A stretch of DNA of 64,000 nucleotides from Coleofasciculus chthonoplastes F2-STO-03 (lineage in GTDB: Bacteria > Cyanobacteriota > Cyanobacteriia > Cyanobacteriales > Coleofasciculaceae): NCBI GenBank assembly GCA_040222015.1, contig JAVJWO010000041.1:1-64000 (forward strand). The letters run 5' to 3'. The notes under the pieces were generated by a model, which searched no databases, was not told the DNA's origin, and saw only the letters and a list, made by a program, of their open reading frames with translations. A program made the translations under genes and the position numbers. Below are positions 41,172-49,876 of the stretch, piece after piece. Numbering within the stretch: position 1 is the stretch's first letter; each line of letters starts with the position of its first letter.

Positions 41172-43028
41172 ATGAAGATTCTAATAGTAGATGATGATCC
41201 AGCGACAGCTTCACCCCTAATTGAAGCACTCACCGCCCATCACTACACCATTGAAGCCGCAACTAATGCCGAACATGGACTGGAACTCGTTCAAACCTCT
41301 CACTATGACTTAGCTGTCTTGGATGTTACCCCCCAAAACCTAGAGGGTATTCATCTGTGTCAAAAACTGCGCCATCAAGGTTCTCAAATGCCAATTCTCC
41401 TCGTCAGCCCCAAAGGAAGTAGCGCCGATCGCATTCGCGGATTAGAAGCAGGTGCGGATGATTATGTGATTAAACCCTATGATCTGTGCGAATTGATGGC
41501 GCGAATTCGGGCATTATTGCGGCGGCGTCACTCCACGGTATCAAAGGTGTTGACTTGGGAGAAGCTGCGGCTAGAACCGGATACGGCTGAAGTCACCTAT
41601 AAAGGCGAATTATTACACCTAACGCCTAAAGAATACGGATTGTTAGAACTATTCCTGCGTCATCCTCGACGTATTTTTAGCCGTGGTGCTATCCTCGATC
41701 ACATCTGGTCGAGTGATGAATTTCCCGGTGAGGAAGCCGTAACCACCCAAATTAAAGGGTTGCGGCAAAAACTGAAAGCTGCCGGGATAAAATTTAATGT
41801 AATTGAGACAGTATACGGCATAGGGTATCGCCTCAAAGATGCACCCACTAAGGAACAAGAGGACAAACAAGTCAGGGAAAAAGTAGCAGATGGCACGTCT
41901 GAAGCGAAAGTCATGGCGGCGGTTGCCAAAATTTGGCAAAAGTTCAAAGAAAGCCTCCCGGAAAAAATAGACGTATTTAGGCAAGTGAGTGTAACTCTGG
42001 CGACAGGAACCCTGAATCAACAACTCTGTGAGAATGCCAAAATGGAAGCCCACCGATTAGTGGGTTCATTAGGATCGTTTGGTTGTGCAGAGGGTTCTAA
42101 AATCGCCCGCGAAATTGAACAGCTTTTACAGACTCCAATCCAAACAACGCCCCAAGATGCCCATAAGCTAAAGCATTTAATTGACTCCCTGCAACAGGCG
42201 ATCGCCACCAAATCCACCCTTGATCAGGTTACACCCCCTACCAGTGATCTGCCCTCGGCTTCTACTTCCCCAGCCCGACTATTAGTCATTGATGATGATC
42301 AGATCCTCAGCCAACATATCGAAATCGAAGCAAAAGCCTGGGGATTACAGGTAGATAGCGCCCCCCATCTCCAAGCCGCCAAACGAGCGATCGCACTCCA
42401 TCCTCCCGATGTAATCTTACTGGATCTCACCTTTGCTGACACCCAAGAAAACGGCTTTGAACTCTTAGCAGAACTCGCTAACCAACACTCAGACATTCCC
42501 GTATTAATCTTTTCCAGTCAAAACCACTTAAGCAGTCGAGTCAAAGCCGCCCGTTTAGGCGCTGCTACCTTTTTACAGAAACCCATGACTCCCCCAGAAA
42601 TTTTGCAAGCGGTGACTCAAGCAATTAATCAGCAGAAATCGGGGGAAGCTAACGTCTTAGTCGTGGATGATGACCCACAAATCCTAGCCCTGCTGCGTCA
42701 TTTACTACAACCTTGGGGACTAAACGTCACCACTTTGGCACATCCCCAACGCTTCTGGGATGTCCTAGAAACTGTATCTCCCGACTTACTAATTTTAGAC
42801 GTAGAAATGCCGGAATATAGTGGCATTGAGTTATGTCAGGTTGTTCGTCATGACTTACGCTGGAGTCATTTGCCTGTATTATTTCTCTCCGCCCATACCG
42901 AAGTGCAAACGGTACAGCAAGTTTTTACAGTTGGTGCAGATGACTATATCAAAAAACCCATTGTGGAAGCTGAACTGATTACCCGTGTGCTAAATCGTCT
43001 AGAACGTCGATCCAGTAATAGCAGTTAG
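41172..43028 (+). CDS. Multi-domain response regulator (REC-wHTH-Hpt-REC-REC, RcaC-like)
   Basis: ILIVDDD...GADDYVIKP; LTPKEYGLL...IETVYGIGYRL; Hpt EAHRLVGSLGSFG; two further REC domains. Confidence 0.92.
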   Translation: MKILIVDDDPATASPLIEALTAHHYTIEAATNAEHGLELVQTSHYDLAVLDVTPQNLEGIHLCQKLRHQGSQMPILLVSPKGSSADRIRGLEAGADDYVIKPYDLCELMARIRALLRRRHSTVSKVLTWEKLRLEPDTAEVTYKGELLHLTPKEYGLLELFLRHPRRIFSRGAILDHIWSSDEFPGEEAVTTQIKGLRQKLKAAGIKFNVIETVYGIGYRLKDAPTKEQEDKQVREKVADGTSEAKVMAAVAKIWQKFKESLPEKIDVFRQVSVTLATGTLNQQLCENAKMEAHRLVGSLGSFGCAEGSKIAREIEQLLQTPIQTTPQDAHKLKHLIDSLQQAIATKSTLDQVTPPTSDLPSASTSPARLLVIDDDQILSQHIEIEAKAWGLQVDSAPHLQAAKRAIALHPPDVILLDLTFADTQENGFELLAELANQHSDIPVLIFSSQNHLSSRVKAARLGAATFLQKPMTPPEILQAVTQAINQQKSGEANVLVVDDDPQILALLRHLLQPWGLNVTTLAHPQRFWDVLETVSPDLLILDVEMPEYSGIELCQVVRHDLRWSHLPVLFLSAHTEVQTVQQVFTVGADDYIKKPIVEAELITRVLNRLERRSSNSS

Positions 43029-43178
43029 TGCAATACTGCAAGGGATAGGAAGATGGGGAAGATGAGGGAGATGGGGAAGATGGGGAGATAGGAGACAAAA
43101 TTTCTATAGCCTATTATCCTGTTCCCTATTCCCTGTTCCCTGTTCCCTAACAAATGACGAATGACAAATGACAAATGA

Positions 43179-43913
43179 CTAAGCCAAACGTTGTCCAATC
43201 GCTTTGAGGGCAAACTGTGGTAACACCATCATCCGCCGCCAGCGCCAAGGTTCTTGATAGAGTCGATACAGCCATTCCAAATGATTATTCCGCAACCAGA
43301 CAGGCGCACGGGTTTTAATCCCAGCCCAGATATCAAAGCTACCGCCAACGCCAATCCAAATCGCTTGAGGACATAAATGTCGATTTTGGGCAATCCACAA
43401 CTCTTGACGGGGAACCCCTAAACCGACCAAAATTAATGGCGGTTGTTCTTTTGCCAACCTGACTTTGAGTTGATCTTCGGCTTCTGGGGACAGATAGCCA
43501 TCTTCAATTCCGGCGATCGCGAGTTTCGGGTATTGTTCTTGCCATATCTTCGCTGCTGTTTGAGCAATACCCGGTTTACCCCCATAGAAAAAAACCGGAT
43601 AAGACTCACCCAATTCTCCCGCCTGTCGCAATAACGATTCTGCCAACTCAATTCCCGGACAACGTTGCTGTCGGATACCGTGGAGGAGTAAGTAAAGGAT
43701 GACACCCGCACCATCCGGGACAACTAATTCTGCTTGTTGGATTGAATGTGCCAAACCTGGATTACACTCCGCCTGCATCACCATTTCTGCATTCAATGTC
43801 ACCACATGACACCCTAGGTTTAGAGTAAGGCGATTACCCAGCCAGCGATCGTACTCTTGGAGTCGGTGAACAGGTAGTCCCATGACAGGGAAAGGCTTCG
43901 GTGTCTCACACAT
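43179..43913 (-). CDS. WecB/TagA/CpsF family glycosyltransferase
   Basis: VVTLNAE, PDGAGV, VGLGVPRQE, GVGGSFD, RAP...LEWLYRLYQEPWR. Confidence 0.95.
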   Translation of the reverse strand: MCETPKPFPVMGLPVHRLQEYDRWLGNRLTLNLGCHVVTLNAEMVMQAECNPGLAHSIQQAELVVPDGAGVILYLLLHGIRQQRCPGIELAESLLRQAGELGESYPVFFYGGKPGIAQTAAKIWQEQYPKLAIAGIEDGYLSPEAEDQLKVRLAKEQPPLILVGLGVPRQELWIAQNRHLCPQAIWIGVGGSFDIWAGIKTRAPVWLRNNHLEWLYRLYQEPWRWRRMMVLPQFALKAIGQRLA

Positions 43914-44384
43914 AATCAGTTTGTTGCTTATCCTCCCATCAAATTAACACTTAGGAGACTATCTGATCCGGACAATGGACGCTAGCCTCGGATTGAGCTT
44001 GAGCAAGCGGCGGCGAAAAATGAGAAGAGACGCGATACTTCGCGCCTCTGAAATCTATCTCTACTGGAATTGTCTAACTAGATGGCTCTTTTGACCCAGC
44101 GATCTGGGTAGAAGCCAAGTGGTGTGAAGGGGCATTCCCATTACCCTTGAGTCCACTTGTCTGTTACTTCTGTTATAAGAGAAAATCTGTAAAGATAGTA
44201 ACAACTTGAGTCGATCCATTGTAAAGATTTCAACAAGATTATCATTGGTCTTATGGTCTTTGTCCTTGGTCATCGGTATGTCCTGCCTCATTCTCATACT
44301 CAATCGGGGTTAACTAATTATCTGGATGCGATCGCGCTACGAATGTTAAATTAGGGCTGTTCTCGCTTATCCTTAAACCCAGAC

Positions 44385-45614
44385 ATGCTCAAACCTGAAC
44401 TTCTCGCCCCAGCGAAGAATCTGGAACGGTTAAAAGTCGCCATTGCTTATGGTGCAGATGCGGTATATCTAGGGGGACAAAACTATGGATTGCGGGCGCG
44501 TGCGGATAATTTTACGGATTCTGAGTTAGCCCACGGTGTAGCATTTGCCCATCACCATGATGCCAAAATTTACGTCACGCTGAACGCCTTTCTCCACGAT
44601 GCAGACTTTCAGGGACTCCCCGACTATTGCCAGTTTCTGGAATCTATTGGCGTTGATGGGGTAATTGTTTCCGATTTAGGCGTTATCCGAGTGGTTAAAA
44701 CGAGTTCAAATCTCCATATTCACCTTTCCACTCAAGCCTCTTGTCTCAATTCCTACAGCGCCCGTTTGTGGAAAGACATGGGAGTCAAGCGCTTAATTGT
44801 TGGTCGAGAACTCAGTATTACTGAAGCGGGTTTAATTGGAGCAAAATCCGGTATTGACGTGGAGATGTTTACCCACGGTGCAATGTGTATGGCGTATTCG
44901 GGTCATTGCACAATCTCTAATTTTACCGCAGGTCGCGACTCTAATCGGGGCGGATGTATCCAATCCTGTCGATTACCCTATCACTTACAACGTCAGGAGC
45001 AGCAAGCTGATGATTTAGTCAGCTTCATGTCGTCCAGAGATTTGTGGGGAATTTATCAGATTAGCGAGTTTTTTAGCCATAATATTTGCTCGCTAAAAAT
45101 AGAAGGACGGATGAAATCATCGTTCTATGTCGCCCTAACCTGTAAGGTTTATCGCCAATTAATTGATGCTTATGCTGCTGGGAGATTAGATGAACAGTTA
45201 CTCAGCCAAGCCGCAGCCGAACTGCAATCAATTCCTAACCGAGACTATTTTTCCGGTTCCTTAGAAACACCAGCCGATAAAGATTCAGTCTTTGGACAGT
45301 TATCGGGAATTAATACAGGAACCCACTCTTATTTAGGCATGGTTATGGATACAACGCCGCAAGAGATTATTTTACGGTTACTTGAACCGTTAGCCGTCGG
45401 GGATGAAATTGAAATTATCCCGTTTCAAGACAAACCGATACGCTGGCAAGTTAATCAGCTTTTTTCGATGACAGGTGAACGCTTAGAGTCGATGCGAAAG
45501 GACAGTCTTGTGCGCTTACCCAAACCGGATGACTCCGTGCGATCGCACAATATCACCAAATTAAATGTCGTTCGATTCACCCATTCCCCTGTAACCGTTG
45601 CTAGTAAAGTCTGA
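44385..45614 (+). CDS. trhP: Peptidase U32 family Fe-S protein, TrhP/TrhP2-like tRNA U34 hydroxylase
   Basis: PELLAPA, YGADAVYLGG, HLSTQA, RELS, HGAMCMAYSGHCTISNFTAGRDSNRGGCIQSCR (exact CX6CX15CX3C), SLKIEGRMK. Confidence 0.88.
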   Translation: MLKPELLAPAKNLERLKVAIAYGADAVYLGGQNYGLRARADNFTDSELAHGVAFAHHHDAKIYVTLNAFLHDADFQGLPDYCQFLESIGVDGVIVSDLGVIRVVKTSSNLHIHLSTQASCLNSYSARLWKDMGVKRLIVGRELSITEAGLIGAKSGIDVEMFTHGAMCMAYSGHCTISNFTAGRDSNRGGCIQSCRLPYHLQRQEQQADDLVSFMSSRDLWGIYQISEFFSHNICSLKIEGRMKSSFYVALTCKVYRQLIDAYAAGRLDEQLLSQAAAELQSIPNRDYFSGSLETPADKDSVFGQLSGINTGTHSYLGMVMDTTPQEIILRLLEPLAVGDEIEIIPFQDKPIRWQVNQLFSMTGERLESMRKDSLVRLPKPDDSVRSHNITKLNVVRFTHSPVTVASKV

Positions 45615-45646
45615 ACTAGGAATTCCCTGTTCCCTGAGAAATAACA

Positions 45647-46855
45647 ATGCAATTTAATACCTTCATTTCATCAATTAAAAATTTAGAACGCTGTGTTAAT
45701 GCGCCCCATCTACATGAAGTATTATTAGAACCGATAGTATTAGCGCGACAGGGACAATTATCAAAAGCGAAGGTACATGATTTAGCCAAAAAAGCGTGGA
45801 AAAAACAACTACGCCCGGTACTCGTCTGGGATGTGTTAATGCCAGAACGGGTAATGAGAACCCTTTGTGATCAGCTAAAGGATTGGCAACTCAGTCTTTT
45901 TGGTGCAATTCGTGTGTGTGATCCGGGCGCGGCTTATTGGCTGAAAACCCATTTTCCTCAGATACCTATCCAGTTAATTGTTGAGACAGGAAATCACAAT
46001 CTGGAGGCGTTGCAAGGATGGTGCGAGATTTTTTCGGATTCCTTGGAACGGTTAGTCTTATCGATTGAACTACCGGAAGAAAAGCTAATTGAATATTGCC
46101 AAACCTTACCCGTTCCCTGTGAATTGCTAGGTGTGGGACCCATTCTGTTATTTTACTCGCCGCGATCGCTCTTGATAAACCCGTTGCTGGAACGCCAGAA
46201 TATAGAAGCAACAGAAGACATCGATTCGCTATACCGATTCAACCCCGACTCCCCTCTCTACCTAGAAGCGACGGCGGCTTTTGCGGATAACCCTAATCGC
46301 CATTTTCCGACATTAGAAACTGCTCATGGAACGTTTATGTTTTTAGACAAATATCAGTTTATCCTGGATCAGTTAGATGGCTTACGTGAGGCGGGTTTAC
46401 ATACCGTGCGATTGGACTTACGACATCTGATTCAGGAGGACAATGTTGCTATTGATATTGATGAAATTTGTCGCCAGGTGTTAGAAAATCCGGCAAAAAT
46501 ACGGGAAACTTGGTTCCGAGAAACACGCGCTCCTTTTTTCAAAGCGAATCGTACTACCGCCTTGTTTACCCGGATGAAATCAAAACTATCTGAATACCGG
46601 AATGATGCCTGTCTAGCGGAAGTTATGGCTGGAGAAAGTGGCAAATATGTGGTTTTTTACACCTGGCGTTCCTTCGAGATTTCCCAGATTCAAGGTATGG
46701 TTTTACCCACGGGTGAAGAAATTGTTCCCCAAGACGTTATTTTTCGTACCATAAACGGCAAACCTGTTGATACCTTTGAACCGGAACAAATTTTAGTGAC
46801 TAATTGGATCAAAAAAGCTGTTCCGGGTTCTCTGCTGCTGGGTAAAATGTCTTGA
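45647..46855 (+). CDS. Second, divergent U32-family protein lacking the Cys motif (TrhP1/YrrN-like partner)
   Basis: RLVLSIEL, LFYSPRSLL, ETAHGTFMF, LDGLREAGLHTVRLD; 32 bp downstream of the first U32 gene. Confidence 0.7.
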   Translation: MQFNTFISSIKNLERCVNAPHLHEVLLEPIVLARQGQLSKAKVHDLAKKAWKKQLRPVLVWDVLMPERVMRTLCDQLKDWQLSLFGAIRVCDPGAAYWLKTHFPQIPIQLIVETGNHNLEALQGWCEIFSDSLERLVLSIELPEEKLIEYCQTLPVPCELLGVGPILLFYSPRSLLINPLLERQNIEATEDIDSLYRFNPDSPLYLEATAAFADNPNRHFPTLETAHGTFMFLDKYQFILDQLDGLREAGLHTVRLDLRHLIQEDNVAIDIDEICRQVLENPAKIRETWFRETRAPFFKANRTTALFTRMKSKLSEYRNDACLAEVMAGESGKYVVFYTWRSFEISQIQGMVLPTGEEIVPQDVIFRTINGKPVDTFEPEQILVTNWIKKAVPGSLLLGKMS

Positions 46856-47076
46856 TTAATTCAGACATGTAGGGGCGGGTTTGACAGATAACAGTTTGCC
46901 ACCAACCGATAACTTAACTAAACCCGCCCTTATAGAGTGCGATACCTTGATAAGGGCGCAAGCCTTGCGCCCCTACGTTAGGGTGTACTTCATCTGGGTC
47001 ATATTTACTAAAAAGATACTAATTTCTACTAAATTAGTAGGTTAAGATGTCAGCTATTCATAATCAACGACTGAGA

Positions 47077-47787
47077 ATGTCTAATCCATACTTTCGCTTC
47101 AAGCAATTCACCGTCTTTCACGATCGCTGTGCGATGAAGGTGGGAACGGATGGTACACTGTTAGGAGTATGGACGGATATCACAGGCGTGCAAAGCATTC
47201 TGGATATTGGCACAGGAACGGGTTTGGTTGCACTCATGTTGGCACAGCGATCGCAGGCGCACATTGATGCGGTGGAAATTGACGCAGAGGCTGGCATTCA
47301 GGCGCGGGAGAATGTGGAGAAATCACCGTGGCGCGATCGCATTCAGGTGTATCAGGGTTCTGTGCAAGATTATGCCACGACTTGCTCAAAGCGGTACGAT
47401 CTGATTGTGTCTAATCCTCCCTTTTTTGACAATGCCAGTAAAGCGTCACAAAAGGCGAGAACCGTAGCACGACATAGTGATTCTTTGAAGCAATTGGATC
47501 TATTACAAGTGGCGGAACAGCTTTTGGGTGAGAATGGCAGGCTAGCTGTAATTTACCCCACTGAGTCAGCCCAAATATTCCAAGAAAAAGCCGAATTATT
47601 TAGTTTATTTTTCCACAGGAAACTCTCTGTTAAACCGACCTTAGCCAGTCAAACTAAACGAATTATACTGGAACTGGGGAAACATCAGTTATCCTCTCAG
47701 GAAAACATCCTTACGATAGAAGCCACCAGACGGGTTTATACCCCTGAATTTATTAGCTTGATTAAAGAATTTTACCTGAAATATTAA
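47077..47787 (+). CDS. yfiC: tRNA1(Val) adenine-37 N6-methyltransferase (YfiC/TrmM/TrmN6)
   Basis: FRFKQFTVFHDRCAMKVGTDGTLLG, LDIGTGTG, IVSNPPFF, ARH, YTPEF...FYLKY; ATG 47077 preferred over 47047. Confidence 0.92.
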   Translation: MSNPYFRFKQFTVFHDRCAMKVGTDGTLLGVWTDITGVQSILDIGTGTGLVALMLAQRSQAHIDAVEIDAEAGIQARENVEKSPWRDRIQVYQGSVQDYATTCSKRYDLIVSNPPFFDNASKASQKARTVARHSDSLKQLDLLQVAEQLLGENGRLAVIYPTESAQIFQEKAELFSLFFHRKLSVKPTLASQTKRIILELGKHQLSSQENILTIEATRRVYTPEFISLIKEFYLKY

Positions 47788-47993
47788 TTTAAATATCTAT
47801 ATTTGGGATTATAAGTTAATTTGTATAACCATAGACATAAGCCTGAATGCTCTGGAAGTTAACTTCGTAGGTTGGGTTGAGGAACGAAACCCAACTAGAA
47901 CATACGAGCTGAAACCATAGTGAAGCTCGTTGCCAAGATTGAGTCTAACTTTAGGCTGATGAGAATCCTGCAAATACTAATCAAACTAGAGAT

Positions 47994-48293
47994 ATGTGGA
48001 ATAATCAAAATCCCCCAGAATTCGAGCATGACGGTGTTCCCCATCCCCACCATCCCCAACGAGATGGGGCAGATGAAAAATCTCCAGACACTGAACAGGA
48101 AAGCCTTGACCCTAATCTATCGCCAGAGCATATAAAAGCGACAACAAAATCGTTGAAGCGTATCTATATTACTCTCCTGATTATGGGTTTACTTTTAGGA
48201 GGAGTGGTATCTGTAGGGGTTGTCATCGCCCTCGATCGCATGGGATTGACAGATGCCCCAGCAGATGTGGAAGAGACTGAAATGCCGTATTAA
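47994..48293 (+). CDS. Small membrane-anchored hypothetical protein
   Basis: 99 aa; acidic/Pro N-terminus then one TM helix (IYITLLIMGLLLGGVVSVGVVIAL). Confidence 0.7.
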   Translation: MWNNQNPPEFEHDGVPHPHHPQRDGADEKSPDTEQESLDPNLSPEHIKATTKSLKRIYITLLIMGLLLGGVVSVGVVIALDRMGLTDAPADVEETEMPY

Positions 48294-48440
48294 GCCGAAT
48301 GGCGCTGAAAAGCGTGCATTTTTGGGTCGCCGAAACCCTTGATATACCGTAGGGTGGGCATTGCCCACCAGCCCAAATTTCAGTACTATTCCTATTAAGC
48401 CTGCCGCGCCTCGAATTGGATAGTTGTGCGATCGGTTAGT

Positions 48441-48788
48441 GGTGAGGAGGGCGGGTTTTGTTGTTCCGTTTTCGGTGAGGAGGGCGGGTTTTGTTGTTCC
48501 GTTTTCGGTGAGGAGCTGAATTTAGTCCCTAAACCCGCCCCTACGATTGTCCCTAAACCCGCCCCTACGATTGTCCCTAAACCCGCCCCTACGATTGTCC
48601 CTAAACCCGCCCCTACAATTGTTACTAAACCCGCCCCTACAATTGTTACTAAACCCGCCCCTACAATTGTTACTAAACCCGCCCCTACAATTGTTACTAA
48701 ACCCGCCCCTACAATTGTTGCTAAATCTGCCCCTACAATTGTTGCTAAATCTGCCCCTACAATTGTTGCTAAATCTGCCCCTACAATT
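48441..48788. repeat. Composite tandem array: 2x33-bp plus 11x24-bp REP-derived units directly upstream of cmoA
   Basis: GGTGAGGAGGGCGGGTTTTGTTGTTCCGTTTTC x2, then GT(CC/TA/TG)CTAAA(C/T)C(C/T)GCCCCTAC(G/A)ATT x11 (48525-48788). Confidence 0.92.
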
Positions 48789-48793
48789 GACTG

Positions 48794-49567
48794 ATGAATT
48801 ACGACAAACTCGATCCAGAACTTGAGCATACAAAACTTTATCTGAGTCCTGAAAAAGATGAACTCTTTGAAAAAGGAGTGTGGCCCAAGCCGTTTGTCTT
48901 TAACCAGGATGTTGTCAATGTTTTCGATAATATGATATCCCGTTCCGTTCCGCTGTACCAAGAGGTGCTAACCTGTGCCGCTCATTGGGCGAGAGAGTAT
49001 TATCAACCGGGAACACGGATTATTGATGTGGGCTGTTCTACGGGAACATTTCTGGAATTAGTGGGGCGTTTCTTAAAGCAAAAGGCTACACTCGTGGGGA
49101 TTGATAATTCTCAACCCATGCTAGAGAAAGCCAAGCAAAAATTACTTACAATCAAACAGATTCATCAAATTGAATTCATTTGTGACAAGGCAGAAAACTC
49201 TTCCTTTGAGAATAGTAGCGTTGTTGTGATTAACTACACCCTACAATTTTTGCCGCTACAGGTGCGTCAACTCTTGCTCCGAACTATCTACGAGGGATTG
49301 GTTCCAGGTGGCTTACTCTTCGTAAGCGAAAAAGTAAAGTCACCCTATCCTCAATTTCAAGAGACAATCACCCGACACTACGAAGCCTTTAAAGCTCATA
49401 ATGGTTATGCCCGTACTGAAATCGAACGGAAAAAGGAGGCGCTAGAGAATGTTTTAGTGCCGTTAACGGAAGCCCAGCAAGTGCAAATGTTGTATGATAG
49501 TGGTTTTAATAGAGTGGATTCACTAATTAAATTACATAACTTTATTTCCTGGGTGGCTCTTAAGTAA
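48794..49567 (+). CDS. cmoA: Carboxy-S-adenosyl-L-methionine synthase
   Basis: FVFNQDVVNVFDNMISRSVPLY, DVGCSTG, IDNSQPM, NYTLQF, SEK, FK..NGY...EI..KK.ALENVL, NF.S.VALK. Confidence 0.92.
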   Translation: MNYDKLDPELEHTKLYLSPEKDELFEKGVWPKPFVFNQDVVNVFDNMISRSVPLYQEVLTCAAHWAREYYQPGTRIIDVGCSTGTFLELVGRFLKQKATLVGIDNSQPMLEKAKQKLLTIKQIHQIEFICDKAENSSFENSSVVVINYTLQFLPLQVRQLLLRTIYEGLVPGGLLFVSEKVKSPYPQFQETITRHYEAFKAHNGYARTEIERKKEALENVLVPLTEAQQVQMLYDSGFNRVDSLIKLHNFISWVALK

Positions 49568-49590
49568 GAGGTGATTTATACGCCCATAAA

Positions 49591-49726
49591 CTAATAAGCT
49601 GTCATGCATTTAAATTTGGTATTAGTAGCGAGCAAGATGCAAAGCCTGCGGCATGGCTTCGCTTAACGCACTACCATCCTTGCGCCATTATTGACATTAA
49701 GGTTTAAATGCCGAACAGCTTAGTAG
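49591..49726. mobile_element. MITE-like element with imperfect 24-bp terminal inverted repeats
   Basis: CTAATAAGCTGTCATGCATTTAAA ... TTTAAATGCCGAACAGCTTAGTAG; one end recurs at 15365-15395. Confidence 0.65.
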
Positions 49727-49876
49727 GCTTGACATCAAATAAACTAGACGTTAATTTAGACTTTAGCTATAACTGAACAGTTGATTCCGATTTAGCCAGA
49801 CGCTCCCCTGGGAGCAACCATGATGCCATTGGGAACCTGATTTGTCTCATCGGTTCTATTCCGGAAAACTCTGAAC

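Noticed and set aside
48525..48788. Possible CRISPR array (24-bp repeats)
   Set aside because: Units are head-to-tail with no unique spacers, and no cas genes are present
48395..48961. Repeat-protein ORFs (VPKPAPTI)n and (IVGAGLVT)n
   Set aside because: Several frames are open only because of the 24-bp DNA repeat; no independent coding evidence
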